Assembly (NCBI GenBank): GCA_902797115.1
Contig: CADBRQ010000115.1
Location: forward strand, 1-52,608
DNA from: an uncultured Bacteroidia bacterium
GTDB lineage: Bacteria > Bacteroidota > Bacteroidia > Bacteroidales > UBA932
DNA length: 52,608 nucleotides
Reading direction: 5' to 3'
Shown here piece after piece: positions 34,912 through 45,790 of this stretch. Numbering within the stretch: position 1 is the first letter of the stretch; the number at the start of each line of letters is the position of its first letter. The notes below the pieces were generated by a model. The model searched no databases. It was given only the letters and a program-made list of their open reading frames with translations, and had not been told where the DNA came from. The translations under genes and the position numbers were made by a program.

Positions 34912-35463
34912 TTACTTCTTGAAATATCTTTTGTAAAGTCCTTCAAAGCCCTTGCCGTGGCGCGCCTCATCCTTTGCCATCTCATGAACTGTATCGTGAA
35001 TAGCATCGTAATTGAGTTGCTTTGCCTTTGTTGCAATATCTTTCTTACCTGCACAAGCACCACGCTCTGCCTCAATACGTTTTTCAAGATTTGTTTTAGT
35101 ATCCCAAACCATCTCGCCCATTAACTCGCAGAATTTTGAAGCATGTTCTGCCTCTTCAATAGCGTATCTCTTGAATGCCTCAGCAATCTCAGGATAACCC
35201 TCTCTGTCTGCCTGACGGCTCATTGCAAGGTACATTCCCACCTCTGTACACTCGCCTATAAAGTTTGCATTAAGACCTTCCCAAATCTCAGGATCACAAC
35301 CTTTAGCTACGCCAATAACGTGCTCATCTGCATAAGGAGCTCCCTCTTCCTCAACAAGTTCTACAAACTTCTCTTTAGGTTGTTTACATTGTGGGCAAAA
35401 ATCTGGTGCCTCATTTCCTTCGTGGATATATCCACATACTGTACATCTAAATTTCTTTGTCAT
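34912..35463 (-). CDS. rbr: rubrerythrin, reverse domain order (N-terminal rubredoxin-like Cys4)
   Basis: CTVCGY...CPQC at the N-terminus, followed by a ferritin-like di-iron domain with E..H pairs ([21 protein letters not shown]). Confidence 0.88.
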   Translation of the reverse strand: MTKKFRCTVCGYIHEGNEAPDFCPQCKQPKEKFVELVEEEGAPYADEHVIGVAKGCDPEIWEGLNANFIGECTEVGMYLAMSRQADREGYPEIAEAFKRYAIEEAEHASKFCELMGEMVWDTKTNLEKRIEAERGACAGKKDIATKAKQLNYDAIHDTVHEMAKDEARHGKGFEGLYKRYFKK

Positions 35464-35475
35464 AATTGATTAATT

Positions 35476-36420
35476 TTATTTCGTTAATAATTCTATTATA
35501 TCTTTCATGTCACATTTCATATCCTTGGAAACCACTTCCTTTGTTTTACCATCTATCAGATAGACAACAGGATAGGTGCTTAAATAATATAGTGGTCCCG
35601 ATCCGTTGGAGTGCTCATAGGTTCTCTCTGTAATGTAATGATGAATGTCAAAACCACTCAAAATTTGAGGTGGCAATTTAACCTTTTTCTTCCAAAACTC
35701 TAAATCCTGTGTAATCGTTATGTACAGGACTGCCATTTTTTTCTCATCGATAAGCTCCTTCACAAATCTCCTTTTTAAATCTCCCTTAAAATTTGTGCAC
35801 TCTTTACACCCTTCGCTGCCAAAGAGCAACAGAATATAGTCTGCTTCAATATCAAAGAGCCGATGAATTTCACCATCACTCCCCAGATACTCAAAATCGG
35901 AACTGCTCTCCCCTGCCATATTTTTAGAGACAATTCCAGACAAGTAGCCCGGGCGTATTTTATAAACATCCTCTAAATCTTCCTTTTGCATAACTTCATT
36001 CAATACCGCCACCAATGCCTGATCCCACTCAATTTCCCTATCTACATAAAAAAGATCTTCTGCAGCGGCGGCAAAATCGAGAGCTTTAGCTCCATCAACA
36101 GCTACACTTTTATAGTAATCTTCTACCTCGTTCACTCTGCTTTTTAAATGTTTGGAAATATTTTTCCTTCTCTCAATCTGGCTGTTATGCTCGCCGATAA
36201 GAGAATTATCTTGGAGAATACTCCTATAAATCTCTACAAGCTTTTCTCTAACAACCTTTTGGAAAGCCGCATCGGGAGTATACAGAAAAGATGTATCTGA
36301 AGCATTAGCATGTGACGGCAAGAAGGTACATGCCTTAACATCTTGTAAAACAACAGTCTGGCAGAGAACCAAACAGAGAACAGTAATTACTGAAGAAAAA
36401 ATATATCTCATGTTGTTCAT
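35476..36420 (-). CDS. secreted thioredoxin-fold protein (DUF5106/TlpA-like)
   Basis: Signal peptide. The C-terminal half has a thioredoxin-like CxxC context (ILLLFGSEGCKECTNF) and ends with a VVYLIDGKTKEVV strand. Confidence 0.6.
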   Translation of the reverse strand: MNNMRYIFSSVITVLCLVLCQTVVLQDVKACTFLPSHANASDTSFLYTPDAAFQKVVREKLVEIYRSILQDNSLIGEHNSQIERRKNISKHLKSRVNEVEDYYKSVAVDGAKALDFAAAAEDLFYVDREIEWDQALVAVLNEVMQKEDLEDVYKIRPGYLSGIVSKNMAGESSSDFEYLGSDGEIHRLFDIEADYILLLFGSEGCKECTNFKGDLKRRFVKELIDEKKMAVLYITITQDLEFWKKKVKLPPQILSGFDIHHYITERTYEHSNGSGPLYYLSTYPVVYLIDGKTKEVVSKDMKCDMKDIIELLTK

Positions 36421-36448
36421 TCTCCCTTAACTTAGTATCTCTATGTTA

Positions 36449-37807
36449 TTATACATCTGAGTCTGAACCGGAAGAACCCGGAGTACCTACCATGTTTGCA
36501 ACTTTCTCCCAAGCATAACCTTTGTAATAAGTATCCAACTCATCATCTATAGGAGAGTTAATGTAGCAACTGATTCCGCTGAAACGAGCAGGGTCTATAT
36601 CCAGATCTATCATCTGCCCCGTTGTATATTTACAAATGCAAATTGCTTTCAGTAAATTCTCAAATTCTGCAGATTCAGAAGCAGTTGCAAGATTCTTTAT
36701 AAAATCGTTCAGATCCCAGAACCAGTGCATATCGTAACGGAAATATGGCTGAATAAGATCGAGATCCAAAGTCTGAATCTCCGGACGGTGAATATCAAAA
36801 ATCTCTTTTGCTTTCTGCGCCACCGCCTCAACCCCATCTGTCTTAAAGAGGGAGATAGTTACAGATCTCTCAAGACCGCTCTTCTTGGCATAATAGTCGT
36901 AAATATCGTAAGTTGCTTTAGCATAATCCTTTTTAAAGAAATCCTCAATAACTTTAGAATAATCAAAACTATCTGTCAAAATTTCGGCAGGGCTGAAAAT
37001 CATATAGTTGCAAAAATCTTTCAGCTCATACAAAATCTCAATCCCCCCCATCAGACATGCATCAAAAGCTATAAAATCAAAGAACATTCCCTGCGGAACA
37101 GCATTTGCCAAATCAAAGATACCCAGCTCCGTATTTACCTCATATCCAAAAGATTTGACCATGTGTGCATAAGGATCCACACCCCCTGGAGGAGCTGGCC
37201 ATGTATGCTGGCGAGGGGTTATTCCCCTATACAATCTCTTTCTGTATATGTTTAAATTCTCAACCTCCTTCCTGAAATTTGCCTGTGAGCCAAATTGATT
37301 ATTTATGACAGAAGTGGGGATAGAGGTGCTGACTGTGTAAAGCGGAGGAAGCCAACCTGTTCCATGAGACCACAGTATAAGGCCATATTCCTTAGCCGGA
37401 AAGAGTGTTTTAGTAAGATTGAGTACCCTCGAGAGAGCTGTTTTGGTTGCAGAGTTCTGATATGGGAATCGGTATATCGTATCTACCTGAACATTATGGT
37501 TTTTATCATACCCCACCCTCACCAGCACCGGTAGAGTATCTTTTATAGTTCTGTTTTCTAAATCTAACGGTATGCTGTAAATCAGCAGATTATCCTCTTC
37601 CGGAATGTAACCGTCCAAGATTTTGGAGATATTGGTAGCCGCATCGGGATAAAGATTATTATAGGCAGCCATATAGAGAAGAATTGTCTTCTCCTTCTCC
37701 TCAATCACCGGTTGTTCTGGTGCCGTAACCTTTGAGCATGAAATTGCAAAAAGTGCCCCCAAAACATATAGTAATGCTCGTGTGTTCTTCATTAACTTAA
37801 ACTTCAT
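36449..37807 (-). CDS. clostripain-family (C11) cysteine peptidase-like lipoprotein
   Basis: Lipoprotein signal (ALFAISCSK). Catalytic dyad contexts LILWSHGTGW (His) and FIAFDACLMGGIE (Cys). Confidence 0.8.
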   Translation of the reverse strand: MKFKLMKNTRALLYVLGALFAISCSKVTAPEQPVIEEKEKTILLYMAAYNNLYPDAATNISKILDGYIPEEDNLLIYSIPLDLENRTIKDTLPVLVRVGYDKNHNVQVDTIYRFPYQNSATKTALSRVLNLTKTLFPAKEYGLILWSHGTGWLPPLYTVSTSIPTSVINNQFGSQANFRKEVENLNIYRKRLYRGITPRQHTWPAPPGGVDPYAHMVKSFGYEVNTELGIFDLANAVPQGMFFDFIAFDACLMGGIEILYELKDFCNYMIFSPAEILTDSFDYSKVIEDFFKKDYAKATYDIYDYYAKKSGLERSVTISLFKTDGVEAVAQKAKEIFDIHRPEIQTLDLDLIQPYFRYDMHWFWDLNDFIKNLATASESAEFENLLKAICICKYTTGQMIDLDIDPARFSGISCYINSPIDDELDTYYKGYAWEKVANMVGTPGSSGSDSDV

Positions 37808-37899
37808 AGAACAATCATTAAAATCAAAAGCCGTATTCGTACAAATTTATAAAGAATAATTATCTTTACAAAAAATTAACACTTCCAAAACTATCAAAA

Positions 37900-39921
37900 A
37901 TGATACTGAATATCAAAAAACTCATTTTATGTGTTGTTACAATGGCGGGAATTTTTACCCTCTCTTCATGCACACAAAACAAAGAAACTAACTCTCAAAA
38001 CTTTACATTTATTGTGGACGAATTTGCAGACCTTCAGATCTTAAAGTATCAGATTCCCGATTGGGACTCACTCACTTTCAATCAAAAAGCATTTTTATAT
38101 TACACCTCTGAGGCGGCAAAATGCGGGCGAGACATTATCTTCGACCAATTTGGAAAACATAACCTCCAGATTCGCAGAGTACTGGAAAATATTATCGAGA
38201 ACTATGACGGAGATAAAGAGTCTCAAGAATATTCTGCATTTATAGTTTATGCCAAAAGGGTTTTCTTCTCCAACGGCATTCATCATCACTACGGAGAGCA
38301 TAAATTTTTTCCTGAGTGTTCCAAAGAGTACTTCAAATCTCTGATGGAGCAGACGGGGCAATCGGAACTATGCGCAGAGCTTCTTCCAATCATCTATGAC
38401 CCAGAAATTTACCCATTCAGAAGAAGCAACGACACACAATCAGATATTGTTGCAACAAGCAGTGTGAACTTCTACGAAGGAGATCTTACACAAGAAGAGG
38501 TCAACTCTTTTTACTCAGCGATGGAAGATCCTTCCGATCCGCATCCAATCTCCTATGGTCTTAACAGTAAGCTTGTTAAGAAAGATGGAAAAATTTATGA
38601 AGAGGTGTGGAAGATTGGGGGACTCTATTCAAAGAGCATAGAAAAAATCATAGAAAATCTTCAAAAAGCGAGAGAATATGCAGAGACACAAGGACAGCAG
38701 AAGACAATAGATCTTCTTGTAAAGTATTATACTACAGGAGATTTAAGAGATTGGGATGCATATAATGTTCAATGGGTAGATGATGGTGCAAAGGTTTTAG
38801 ATTTCACAAACGGATTCATAGAAGATTATGACGACCCTCTAGGACGCAAAGCTACCTGGGAAGGAATTGCAGATTTTAAAGATTTAGCCGCAAGCCATCG
38901 TACAGAAGTGATAAGTGCTCAGGCACAATGGTTTGAGAACAACTCCCCTATAGATCCTCGCTTCAGAAAAGATAAAGTTACAGGAGTAAGTGCCAAAGTT
39001 ATTAATGTAACTGCTTTAGGTGGAGCATGTTACCCTGCAACCCCTATTGGCATTAACCTTCCGAATGCAGATTGGATCAGAAAAGAGCACGGTTCAAAAT
39101 CGGTTACAATTGCCAATATTACAGATGCTTACGACAAAGCAGCACAAGAGGCACCAAAGAGTGTACTTAAAGAGTTTGCTTTCAACCAAGAGGAGATAGA
39201 TCGTGCTAAAGAGTTTGGAACCCTCACAAGCAATCTCCACACAGATCTTCACGAATGTCTCGGACACGCATCGGGACAAATACTTAAAGGTGTAGGAGCC
39301 AATGCTTTAAAAGAGTTTACCTCTGCTTTGGAAGAGGCGCGTGCAGACCTTTTTGCCCTCTATTATATTGCAGATGAAAAACTTGTAGAATTAGGTATTC
39401 TTCCTCATCGCGATGCGTACAAGACAGAATACGACTCTTATATTCGTAATGGCATTTTCACTCAATTCACCCGTATAGAACTTGGCAAAAAGAATACTGA
39501 AGCACACATGCAGAACCGCAAACTCGTAGCAGAATGGGTTTACGAACAAGGTTTGAATGAGAATGTTATAGAGAAAAAGAAGATAGACGGCAAAACATAT
39601 TTTGTTATTAACGATTATGACAAACTCCGCACCCTGTTCGGAAAGCTCCTTGCCGAGATTCAGAGAATTAAGTCCGAAGGTGATTATGCTGCCGGCAAGA
39701 GACTGATAGAACAATATGCAGTTAATATAGATCCAGAACTTCATAAAGAGGTTTTGGAGAGATTTGCAGCATTAAACCTCAAACCGTACAAAGGGTTTGT
39801 GAATCCGAACATTGTACCGGTTGAGAAGAACGGAAAGATTGTAGATTTTGCCGTTGAGTATGTAGATGACTTCTTGGCTCAGCAGCTCGAATATGGGAAG
39901 AAATACTCCTTTGAAGATTAA
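37900..39921 (+). CDS. dipeptidyl-peptidase III (M49) lipoprotein
   Basis: Lipoprotein signal, with zinc motifs HECLGH and EEARAD. Confidence 0.88.
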   Translation: MILNIKKLILCVVTMAGIFTLSSCTQNKETNSQNFTFIVDEFADLQILKYQIPDWDSLTFNQKAFLYYTSEAAKCGRDIIFDQFGKHNLQIRRVLENIIENYDGDKESQEYSAFIVYAKRVFFSNGIHHHYGEHKFFPECSKEYFKSLMEQTGQSELCAELLPIIYDPEIYPFRRSNDTQSDIVATSSVNFYEGDLTQEEVNSFYSAMEDPSDPHPISYGLNSKLVKKDGKIYEEVWKIGGLYSKSIEKIIENLQKAREYAETQGQQKTIDLLVKYYTTGDLRDWDAYNVQWVDDGAKVLDFTNGFIEDYDDPLGRKATWEGIADFKDLAASHRTEVISAQAQWFENNSPIDPRFRKDKVTGVSAKVINVTALGGACYPATPIGINLPNADWIRKEHGSKSVTIANITDAYDKAAQEAPKSVLKEFAFNQEEIDRAKEFGTLTSNLHTDLHECLGHASGQILKGVGANALKEFTSALEEARADLFALYYIADEKLVELGILPHRDAYKTEYDSYIRNGIFTQFTRIELGKKNTEAHMQNRKLVAEWVYEQGLNENVIEKKKIDGKTYFVINDYDKLRTLFGKLLAEIQRIKSEGDYAAGKRLIEQYAVNIDPELHKEVLERFAALNLKPYKGFVNPNIVPVEKNGKIVDFAVEYVDDFLAQQLEYGKKYSFED

Positions 39922-41348
39922 TCTTTAGAGAGATCTGCGCGCAATGCTTTTGGACCGGTGATTATAGGAATAGGATCGTCCGATACTTTATCCAATTCAC
40001 CGCTCCATAAGTACTTGCGAGTTTCACTCACAATCACTCCGCTAAGCAGCAGGAGCGAGATAATGTTTGGCACAGCCATAAGAGCATTCATTATATCTGC
40101 CATATCCCAAACCAAAGTGAGATTGGCAACAGCCCCCACATAAGCTAAGACAACCCAAGCAATTCTGTAGAAGAAGATTACACGCCTGCCTGCCAAATAC
40201 TCAATAGAACGCTCTGCATAATAAGACCATCCCAAAATTGTAGAGAAAGCAAATGTAGCAAGACTGACTGTCAACACAATGGAACCTACATACGGAATCT
40301 GACCGAATGCGAGTTGAGTAAGCTTTGCTCCATCTTTATAATCTATTGAAGGATTGGCAATTATGCTGGTAACTAAAACTATTCCGGTTAAAGCACACAC
40401 AACAACTGTATCCCAAAATGTTCCTGTAGAAGAGACAAGAGCCTGGCGCACAGGATTTTTTGTCTGCGCAGCAGCTGCGGCTATAGGGGCGCTTCCCATT
40501 CCCGATTCGTTGGAGAAAAGTCCGCGAGATATTCCAAACCTCGCCGCCATCATGATAGAAGTGCCTGCTACTCCACCTAACCCCGCTTTTAAAGAGAAAG
40601 CACTCTCAAAAATCAACAACAGAGCACTCCCTAAAACAGACCAATTAATTAATATAATTATGACACAGCCCAACACATAAAAGATTGCCATAAACGGAAT
40701 TAAAAAGCCGCACACACGGGCAATTCCCTTAATCCCAAAGAATGTTACCAAAGTTACGAGAAAAACCAGAGACAATCCTGTAACCCATTCAGGAATACCG
40801 CCGAACGATGGAGAGAACAATCCCTCTTGAGCCAAAAGGGTAGATATAGCATTTGCCTGCACAGTATCTCCAATGCCAAAAGCGGTAAAAGCTGCAAAAA
40901 CAGAGAACAATACGGCGAGCCACTTACATTTCAGTCCACGCTCCAAAGCATACATCGGACCTCCGAGCATTGTTCCATTCTCCGTCTTAACCCTGTATTT
41001 TACAGCTAACAAACCTTCAGAGTATTTGGTTGCCATTCCTAAAAGTCCCGAAAGCCAACACCATAAGACTGCACCAGGACCTCCGAGAGATACAGCTGTT
41101 GCCACTCCTATAATATTTCCTGTACCGATAGTTGCAGCCAAAGAGGTCATAAGAGATCCAAACTGACTAACATCACCAGTACTCTCATTATCTCTTTTAA
41201 GCGAGATAGCAATAGCCTTAAAAACCTTTGCCTGAGGAAACCTCAAACGTATCGTGAGGTAAATATGAGTTCCAAAAAGAAGGATTATCAGAGGCCACCC
41301 CCAAATATAAGCACTGATTTGACTTAGAATACTCTCTATAAATTCCAT
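39918..41348 (-). CDS. alanine/glycine:cation symporter (AGCS family)
   Basis: Start taken at ATG 41348 (MEFIESILSQISAYIWGWPLIILLFGTHIYLTIRL). Polytopic; SNESGMGSAPIAAAAAQT is the AGCS signature region. Confidence 0.88.
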   Translation of the reverse strand: MEFIESILSQISAYIWGWPLIILLFGTHIYLTIRLRFPQAKVFKAIAISLKRDNESTGDVSQFGSLMTSLAATIGTGNIIGVATAVSLGGPGAVLWCWLSGLLGMATKYSEGLLAVKYRVKTENGTMLGGPMYALERGLKCKWLAVLFSVFAAFTAFGIGDTVQANAISTLLAQEGLFSPSFGGIPEWVTGLSLVFLVTLVTFFGIKGIARVCGFLIPFMAIFYVLGCVIIILINWSVLGSALLLIFESAFSLKAGLGGVAGTSIMMAARFGISRGLFSNESGMGSAPIAAAAAQTKNPVRQALVSSTGTFWDTVVVCALTGIVLVTSIIANPSIDYKDGAKLTQLAFGQIPYVGSIVLTVSLATFAFSTILGWSYYAERSIEYLAGRRVIFFYRIAWVVLAYVGAVANLTLVWDMADIMNALMAVPNIISLLLLSGVIVSETRKYLWSGELDKVSDDPIPIITGPKALRADLSKD

Positions 41349-41430
41349 ATTTATTCTGGTTTTTGATCTTTCAGATATGTCAAAGTTACTCTTTTTTCTT
41401 AAATTTGAAGACAAATTAAATGAGAGAGAG

Positions 41431-42813
41431 ATGAAATCGAAGTTATTTTGTATATCAGTAATTGCCTGCTTTGCAATAATCATTGGCTTTACAGGGTGTT
41501 CTAAAAGCGACTCTAAAGGGAATCATCGCGATGAGACAGAACTGATCAAAAAATTTGAAAAGGCCATGATGGAGCAATACTACTACTGGGCTTCTCAAAT
41601 GAGAGCTCCTCAGGATGCAAGCTCCTATACTCCATACACTTACTTTAACGCACTCAAAGTTTCTCAAGACAGATGGAGCTGGATGTGCGATGGAGATACC
41701 TACCAAGCGAGTCAGACCGGAGTTGCCACCTCCTTCGGATTCCATCTGAAACAACCTATCAATTACTATAAAGACTACGGGGTTTATATCTCTTATGTAG
41801 ATAAGAATTCTCCCCTTGCTAAAGCCGGAGTTACTCGAGGATGGCGTTTAGATAAAATTGACGGCTCGCCCGTAATGAATTATGTGAATAACAACACATT
41901 CGAACAAGAACTCGCTAAAAGCAACAACAACTTCACCTTTATTAATTTAGATGGAGATGAGGTTAGTCTCAGTTTAACTCAAGCCACATTTAAATCCAAC
42001 TCTGTAATCGCCACCCAAATCTTTGATCATTCAAATTATCCCCCTCTTCCATCATCAAAAAAAGTGGGATATATTAACTATATTACATTCAATGAGAACC
42101 TCTCAAGTGAAATTCTGGATGCACTTTCTCAAATGAAATCTGCAGGAATCAATGAACTTATTTTAGACCTCAGATACAATGGCGGTGGAGACCTTAATCT
42201 TTGTTCAGATATTGCAAGTTTGCTTGTACCCGGCTCTGCCCACGGCAAAACTTTTTTGCACATAGCCCACAACAACATGCAATCGTCTAACGACTTCTAC
42301 AAAAAATTTAATCATACATCCAACTCGTTAGATTTAAACAGATTATATGTTATTACAACAAAAAATACAGCAAGCGCCAGTGAAAGTATAATAAACGGAC
42401 TCTCACCTTTCTTAGAGGTAATAACAATAGGAGAGACATCGTACGGAAAGCCTAACGGAATGTATGTAATTCTCTATCCTAACAATGCCAAAACATATAG
42501 CGAAATAGATTACGCATTCTACCCTATTTGTTTCTATTGTTTAAATTCAGATGAAAAAGCAGATTTTGCAAACGGTATCAATCCAACTTATGAACGTGCA
42601 GACGATTTATATCACAACTTTGGTCCGGAAGAAGATCTGATTAACAGTGCTTTATACCATATCGCTACAAATTCTCTCCCCCCTGCGCCAATCATTCCAA
42701 CGAGTACCAAACAATACTCTCCATCTTATAAAAACATAATAATCAAAGGTGCGGAGGAGTGTGAAGGTTATGGAAAAGCAACTTTTAAAATGGGTTTAAA
42801 GGAATTTTTTTAG
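41431..42813 (+). CDS. S41-family peptidase lipoprotein
   Basis: Start taken at ATG 41431 (lipobox FTGCSKS). Motifs LILDLRYNGGGDL and TASASES. Confidence 0.8.
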   Translation: MKSKLFCISVIACFAIIIGFTGCSKSDSKGNHRDETELIKKFEKAMMEQYYYWASQMRAPQDASSYTPYTYFNALKVSQDRWSWMCDGDTYQASQTGVATSFGFHLKQPINYYKDYGVYISYVDKNSPLAKAGVTRGWRLDKIDGSPVMNYVNNNTFEQELAKSNNNFTFINLDGDEVSLSLTQATFKSNSVIATQIFDHSNYPPLPSSKKVGYINYITFNENLSSEILDALSQMKSAGINELILDLRYNGGGDLNLCSDIASLLVPGSAHGKTFLHIAHNNMQSSNDFYKKFNHTSNSLDLNRLYVITTKNTASASESIINGLSPFLEVITIGETSYGKPNGMYVILYPNNAKTYSEIDYAFYPICFYCLNSDEKADFANGINPTYERADDLYHNFGPEEDLINSALYHIATNSLPPAPIIPTSTKQYSPSYKNIIIKGAEECEGYGKATFKMGLKEFF

Positions 42814-42820
42814 CCATTTA

Positions 42821-42852
42821 TTTGGTAAAAACAATAAAAGATACTACATTTG
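42821..42852 (+). promoter_or_regulatory. Bacteroidota-type promoter (TTTG-N20-TACATTTG) for the histone-like gene
   Basis: TTTG at 42821-42824 and TACATTTG at 42845-42852, 20 nt apart (consensus spacing 19-21), 42 nt upstream of the ATG. Confidence 0.55.
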
Positions 42853-42894
42853 AACATATTAAAGATAGATATTAACCATTAATACAAACAAAAA

Positions 42895-43080
42895 ATGAAA
42901 GCATTACTTGCAAAAATTAACGCTCAGATTGAGGTGTTCTGCAAAGAGTCAGAGGCACAATTAGTAAAAGGTAACAAAGCTGCCGGCACACGCGCTAGAA
43001 AAGCTGCTTTGGAGATTGGCAAACTTATGAAAGATTTCAGAAAAGTTTCTGTTGACGCAGCTAAGACTGTAAAGAAATAA
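42895..43080 (+). CDS. histone H1-like Lys/Ala-rich DNA-binding protein
   Basis: 61 aa, Lys/Ala-rich (KGNKAAGTRARKAALEIGKLMKDFRK), with its own promoter and a strong terminator. Confidence 0.75.
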   Translation: MKALLAKINAQIEVFCKESEAQLVKGNKAAGTRARKAALEIGKLMKDFRKVSVDAAKTVKK

Positions 43081-43109
43081 GTTGCTCCTTTTTACTTAAA
43101 GTTCAAAAA

Positions 43110-43136
43110 GTTGCGGAGTACCGCAACTTTTTTTTT
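43110..43136 (+). terminator. rho-independent terminator
   Basis: GTTGCGG-AGTA-CCGCAAC followed by T9. Confidence 0.85.
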
Positions 43137-43185
43137 CAATAAAAATTTGGTAAATTGCACTCCCTAAATCAAACAGAAAGAAGTG

Positions 43186-44289
43186 ATGGAAAAGGAACAC
43201 TTTGCGCAAATGGAGATTCTCAAAAAGAATGTTGCGTATAACTATAAATACTTCAGGAGCAAACTAAAAAAGAGTACAAAACTCCTCATATTGGTTAAAG
43301 CCAATTCGTATGGTCATGGTGCCTACGAGTTTGCAAAACTTATGGAAGATTTAGGGGCAGATTATTTTGCCGTTGCCCACACCGTAAAAGGTATTGAACT
43401 GAGGGAAAAAGGAATACGCAAAACTCCAATTATGGTTCTCAGCAGTGGAGTTGACTCCTATTCAGAAATGATAAAATGGGGTTTGGAGCCGGGGATTCCT
43501 ACTCTCGATGCGCTTAAAAAATTCAGAGCCGCAATGAAAGAGATGGAAGTAGCATGCTATCCCGTTCACATCAAGTTAGATACCGGTATGCATCGGCTTG
43601 GATTTATGGAGAAAGAGATTCCGGCACTACTAAATTACCTCAAAAAACACCCTGAGATCAGAGTGCAAAGCATATATTCCCACCTCGCCGCATCGGATGA
43701 GAAAAAATGGGACAAGTTTACTCTCTCTCAAATTGCCCTGTTCGACCGAATCGCACCACAAATAGATGCAGTTGTGGGTTATCACCCTATGCACCACATT
43801 TTAAATTCTGCCGGAATAGAGCGGTTTAGCGAGCACCAGAAAGATATGGTAAGATTGGGTATTGGGATATATGGAATAAGTGCCGTAAATCCCAAAAATC
43901 TGAAACCTTCAGCAGAACTGAAGTGCCAAATAATACAGATTAAAGAGCTCCTCCCTTCCGATGGGACAGTTGGTTACGGCAGACACGGAAAAATAGAAGG
44001 TCCTATTAGAATCGCCACCCTTCCTATCGGATATGCAGATGGAATCAACCGTCATTTGGGAAGAGGCAAAGCAAAATTCTGCATCAATGGAAAATTAGTT
44101 CCAACCATCGGGAATATTTGTATGGATATGTGTATGATAGATGTGAGCGGCACCGATGCAAAAGTTGGAGATATTGTTACAATATTTGGAGAAAAACCGA
44201 CAGCAAGCGATATTGCTAAAATTTTGGAGACAATACCTTACGAGGTCTTTACCTCTGTGCACGAAAGAATAAGAAGGGTTATTAAATAG
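43186..44289 (+). CDS. alr: alanine racemase
   Basis: PLP-lysine context LVKANSYGHG and C-terminal CMDMCMIDV. ATG 43186 is preferred over the track GTG at 43183. Confidence 0.88.
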   Translation: MEKEHFAQMEILKKNVAYNYKYFRSKLKKSTKLLILVKANSYGHGAYEFAKLMEDLGADYFAVAHTVKGIELREKGIRKTPIMVLSSGVDSYSEMIKWGLEPGIPTLDALKKFRAAMKEMEVACYPVHIKLDTGMHRLGFMEKEIPALLNYLKKHPEIRVQSIYSHLAASDEKKWDKFTLSQIALFDRIAPQIDAVVGYHPMHHILNSAGIERFSEHQKDMVRLGIGIYGISAVNPKNLKPSAELKCQIIQIKELLPSDGTVGYGRHGKIEGPIRIATLPIGYADGINRHLGRGKAKFCINGKLVPTIGNICMDMCMIDVSGTDAKVGDIVTIFGEKPTASDIAKILETIPYEVFTSVHERIRRVIK

Positions 44290-44296
44290 AGATGAT

Positions 44297-45337
44297 ATGG
44301 CAAAAAAGCGTATAGATAAGGATGCATTTGTAAGTAAGTTTGAGCAAGCCGTAGAAGAGATAAAAAATGGGAAGTTCCAGCCCATCTATCTTTTATGCGG
44401 AGAAGAGCCATATTATTCCGATGTAATAATCAAGCTCTTGTCGGACAACGTTTTAACCGAACAAGAGAAGGACTTTAACTATACTGTAGTTTACGGCAAC
44501 GAAACCGATGCCCCTCAAATTATTTCCCTTTGCAGACGCTACCCTGTTTGGGCAAGCAAACAACTCATTATTGTAAAAGAGGCTCAACACATTAGCAACC
44601 TCGCACCTTTTCAATATTATTTAGACTCCATTGCTGCAGACACAGTTTTAGTACTCTCTTTTACAGGAAAAACCTTAGATAAGAGAACTGCTATATACAA
44701 AGAGTTTGAAAAGAAAGCCCTCATATTAGAGTCTTATCCATTAGATGAGTGGAAAGCTCCATCCTGGATAAAAAAATACGCTGCATCGTTAGGATATTCA
44801 ATTACCGATGGCGCTGCAGAATTGCTTTCACAAAGCACCGGAGTAGAATTGAGAAAAATTGTACTGGAAATAGATAAACTGACAAAAGGGGTTGCAAATA
44901 AAACAATTACAGAGAAAGATGTAGAAGATAATACAGGTATCAGCAGAGACTACAACCCTTTTGAACTATGCAAGGCAATAGTATATAAAGAAAGGGAGAA
45001 GAGTTTCTCAATTGCAAGAGTTTTTGCCAATAATTCAAAAAAATATCCATTAATAAAAACTCTTGGAGCGATGTTCTATTATTTCAATCAACTTCTTAAC
45101 ATAGAAGCACTTATGGAGAACAATAGGATTGCCTTTCCTGTAGCTGCAATGCAATCGGGAGTATTTGGAACCCGCCAGAAAGAGTTTGAGATTGCAGCCC
45201 GCAATTTTCCACTCTACAAAACAATGAGGGTTATCTCATATATGAGAGATTGCGACGCCAAAAGCAAAGGGAATGAAAGGGGAACCGCTTCAGAGGGAGA
45301 CCTGCTCAACGAATTGATAGCCAAGATACTCGTATAA
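44297..45337 (+). CDS. holA: DNA polymerase III delta subunit
   Basis: 346 aa. The N-terminal pattern (IKNGKFQPIYLLCGEEPYY) and overall size fit HolA. Confidence 0.8.
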   Translation: MAKKRIDKDAFVSKFEQAVEEIKNGKFQPIYLLCGEEPYYSDVIIKLLSDNVLTEQEKDFNYTVVYGNETDAPQIISLCRRYPVWASKQLIIVKEAQHISNLAPFQYYLDSIAADTVLVLSFTGKTLDKRTAIYKEFEKKALILESYPLDEWKAPSWIKKYAASLGYSITDGAAELLSQSTGVELRKIVLEIDKLTKGVANKTITEKDVEDNTGISRDYNPFELCKAIVYKEREKSFSIARVFANNSKKYPLIKTLGAMFYYFNQLLNIEALMENNRIAFPVAAMQSGVFGTRQKEFEIAARNFPLYKTMRVISYMRDCDAKSKGNERGTASEGDLLNELIAKILV

Positions 45338-45357
45338 ACCTATAAATCAAAAGTTAT

Positions 45358-45789
45358 ATGAGTGAACAAAATACAATATTTGACCCTCTGAGAAAAAAAA
45401 GAGTTGCAGCCACGCCGGAAGAACTGGTAAGGCAAAAGATGATTGAGCATCTGAGCGAAAAATGCGGTTGGCCCAAAACTCTGATGCTCAGTGAAGTTGA
45501 AATATCACTCTCTCACATGGGAGAGTCTTTGCAAATGCCAAAGTTCAGATGCGATATTGTATGCTACAACAAACAATCAGAGCCACAAGTAATTGTAGAG
45601 TGCAAAGCTCCACATGTTAAGATAACCACAAAAACATTTGAACAAATTGGGAGATATTGTCTGATACTTAATACACCGTGGTTTATTGTAACAAACGGAG
45701 AGAAAACTTATTGTGCAAATTGGAGTCAAACAGAGAATAAATATATTTTCACAAACGAGTTACCAAAATACAGAGGGAGAGAAAGATAA
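45358..45789 (+). CDS. HsdR-N-terminal-domain-like PD-(D/E)xK protein
   Basis: 143 aa. CDIVCY...VIVECKAP gives a D...E-x-K nuclease-fold motif. The position after holA is the usual one in Bacteroidota. Confidence 0.65.
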   Translation: MSEQNTIFDPLRKKRVAATPEELVRQKMIEHLSEKCGWPKTLMLSEVEISLSHMGESLQMPKFRCDIVCYNKQSEPQVIVECKAPHVKITTKTFEQIGRYCLILNTPWFIVTNGEKTYCANWSQTENKYIFTNELPKYRGRER

Positions 45790-45790
45790 G

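Noticed and set aside
36725-37255. 176-aa plus-strand ORF antisense to the C11 peptidase gene.
   Set aside because: It is a shadow ORF. The C11 frame carries both catalytic motifs and a lipoprotein signal.
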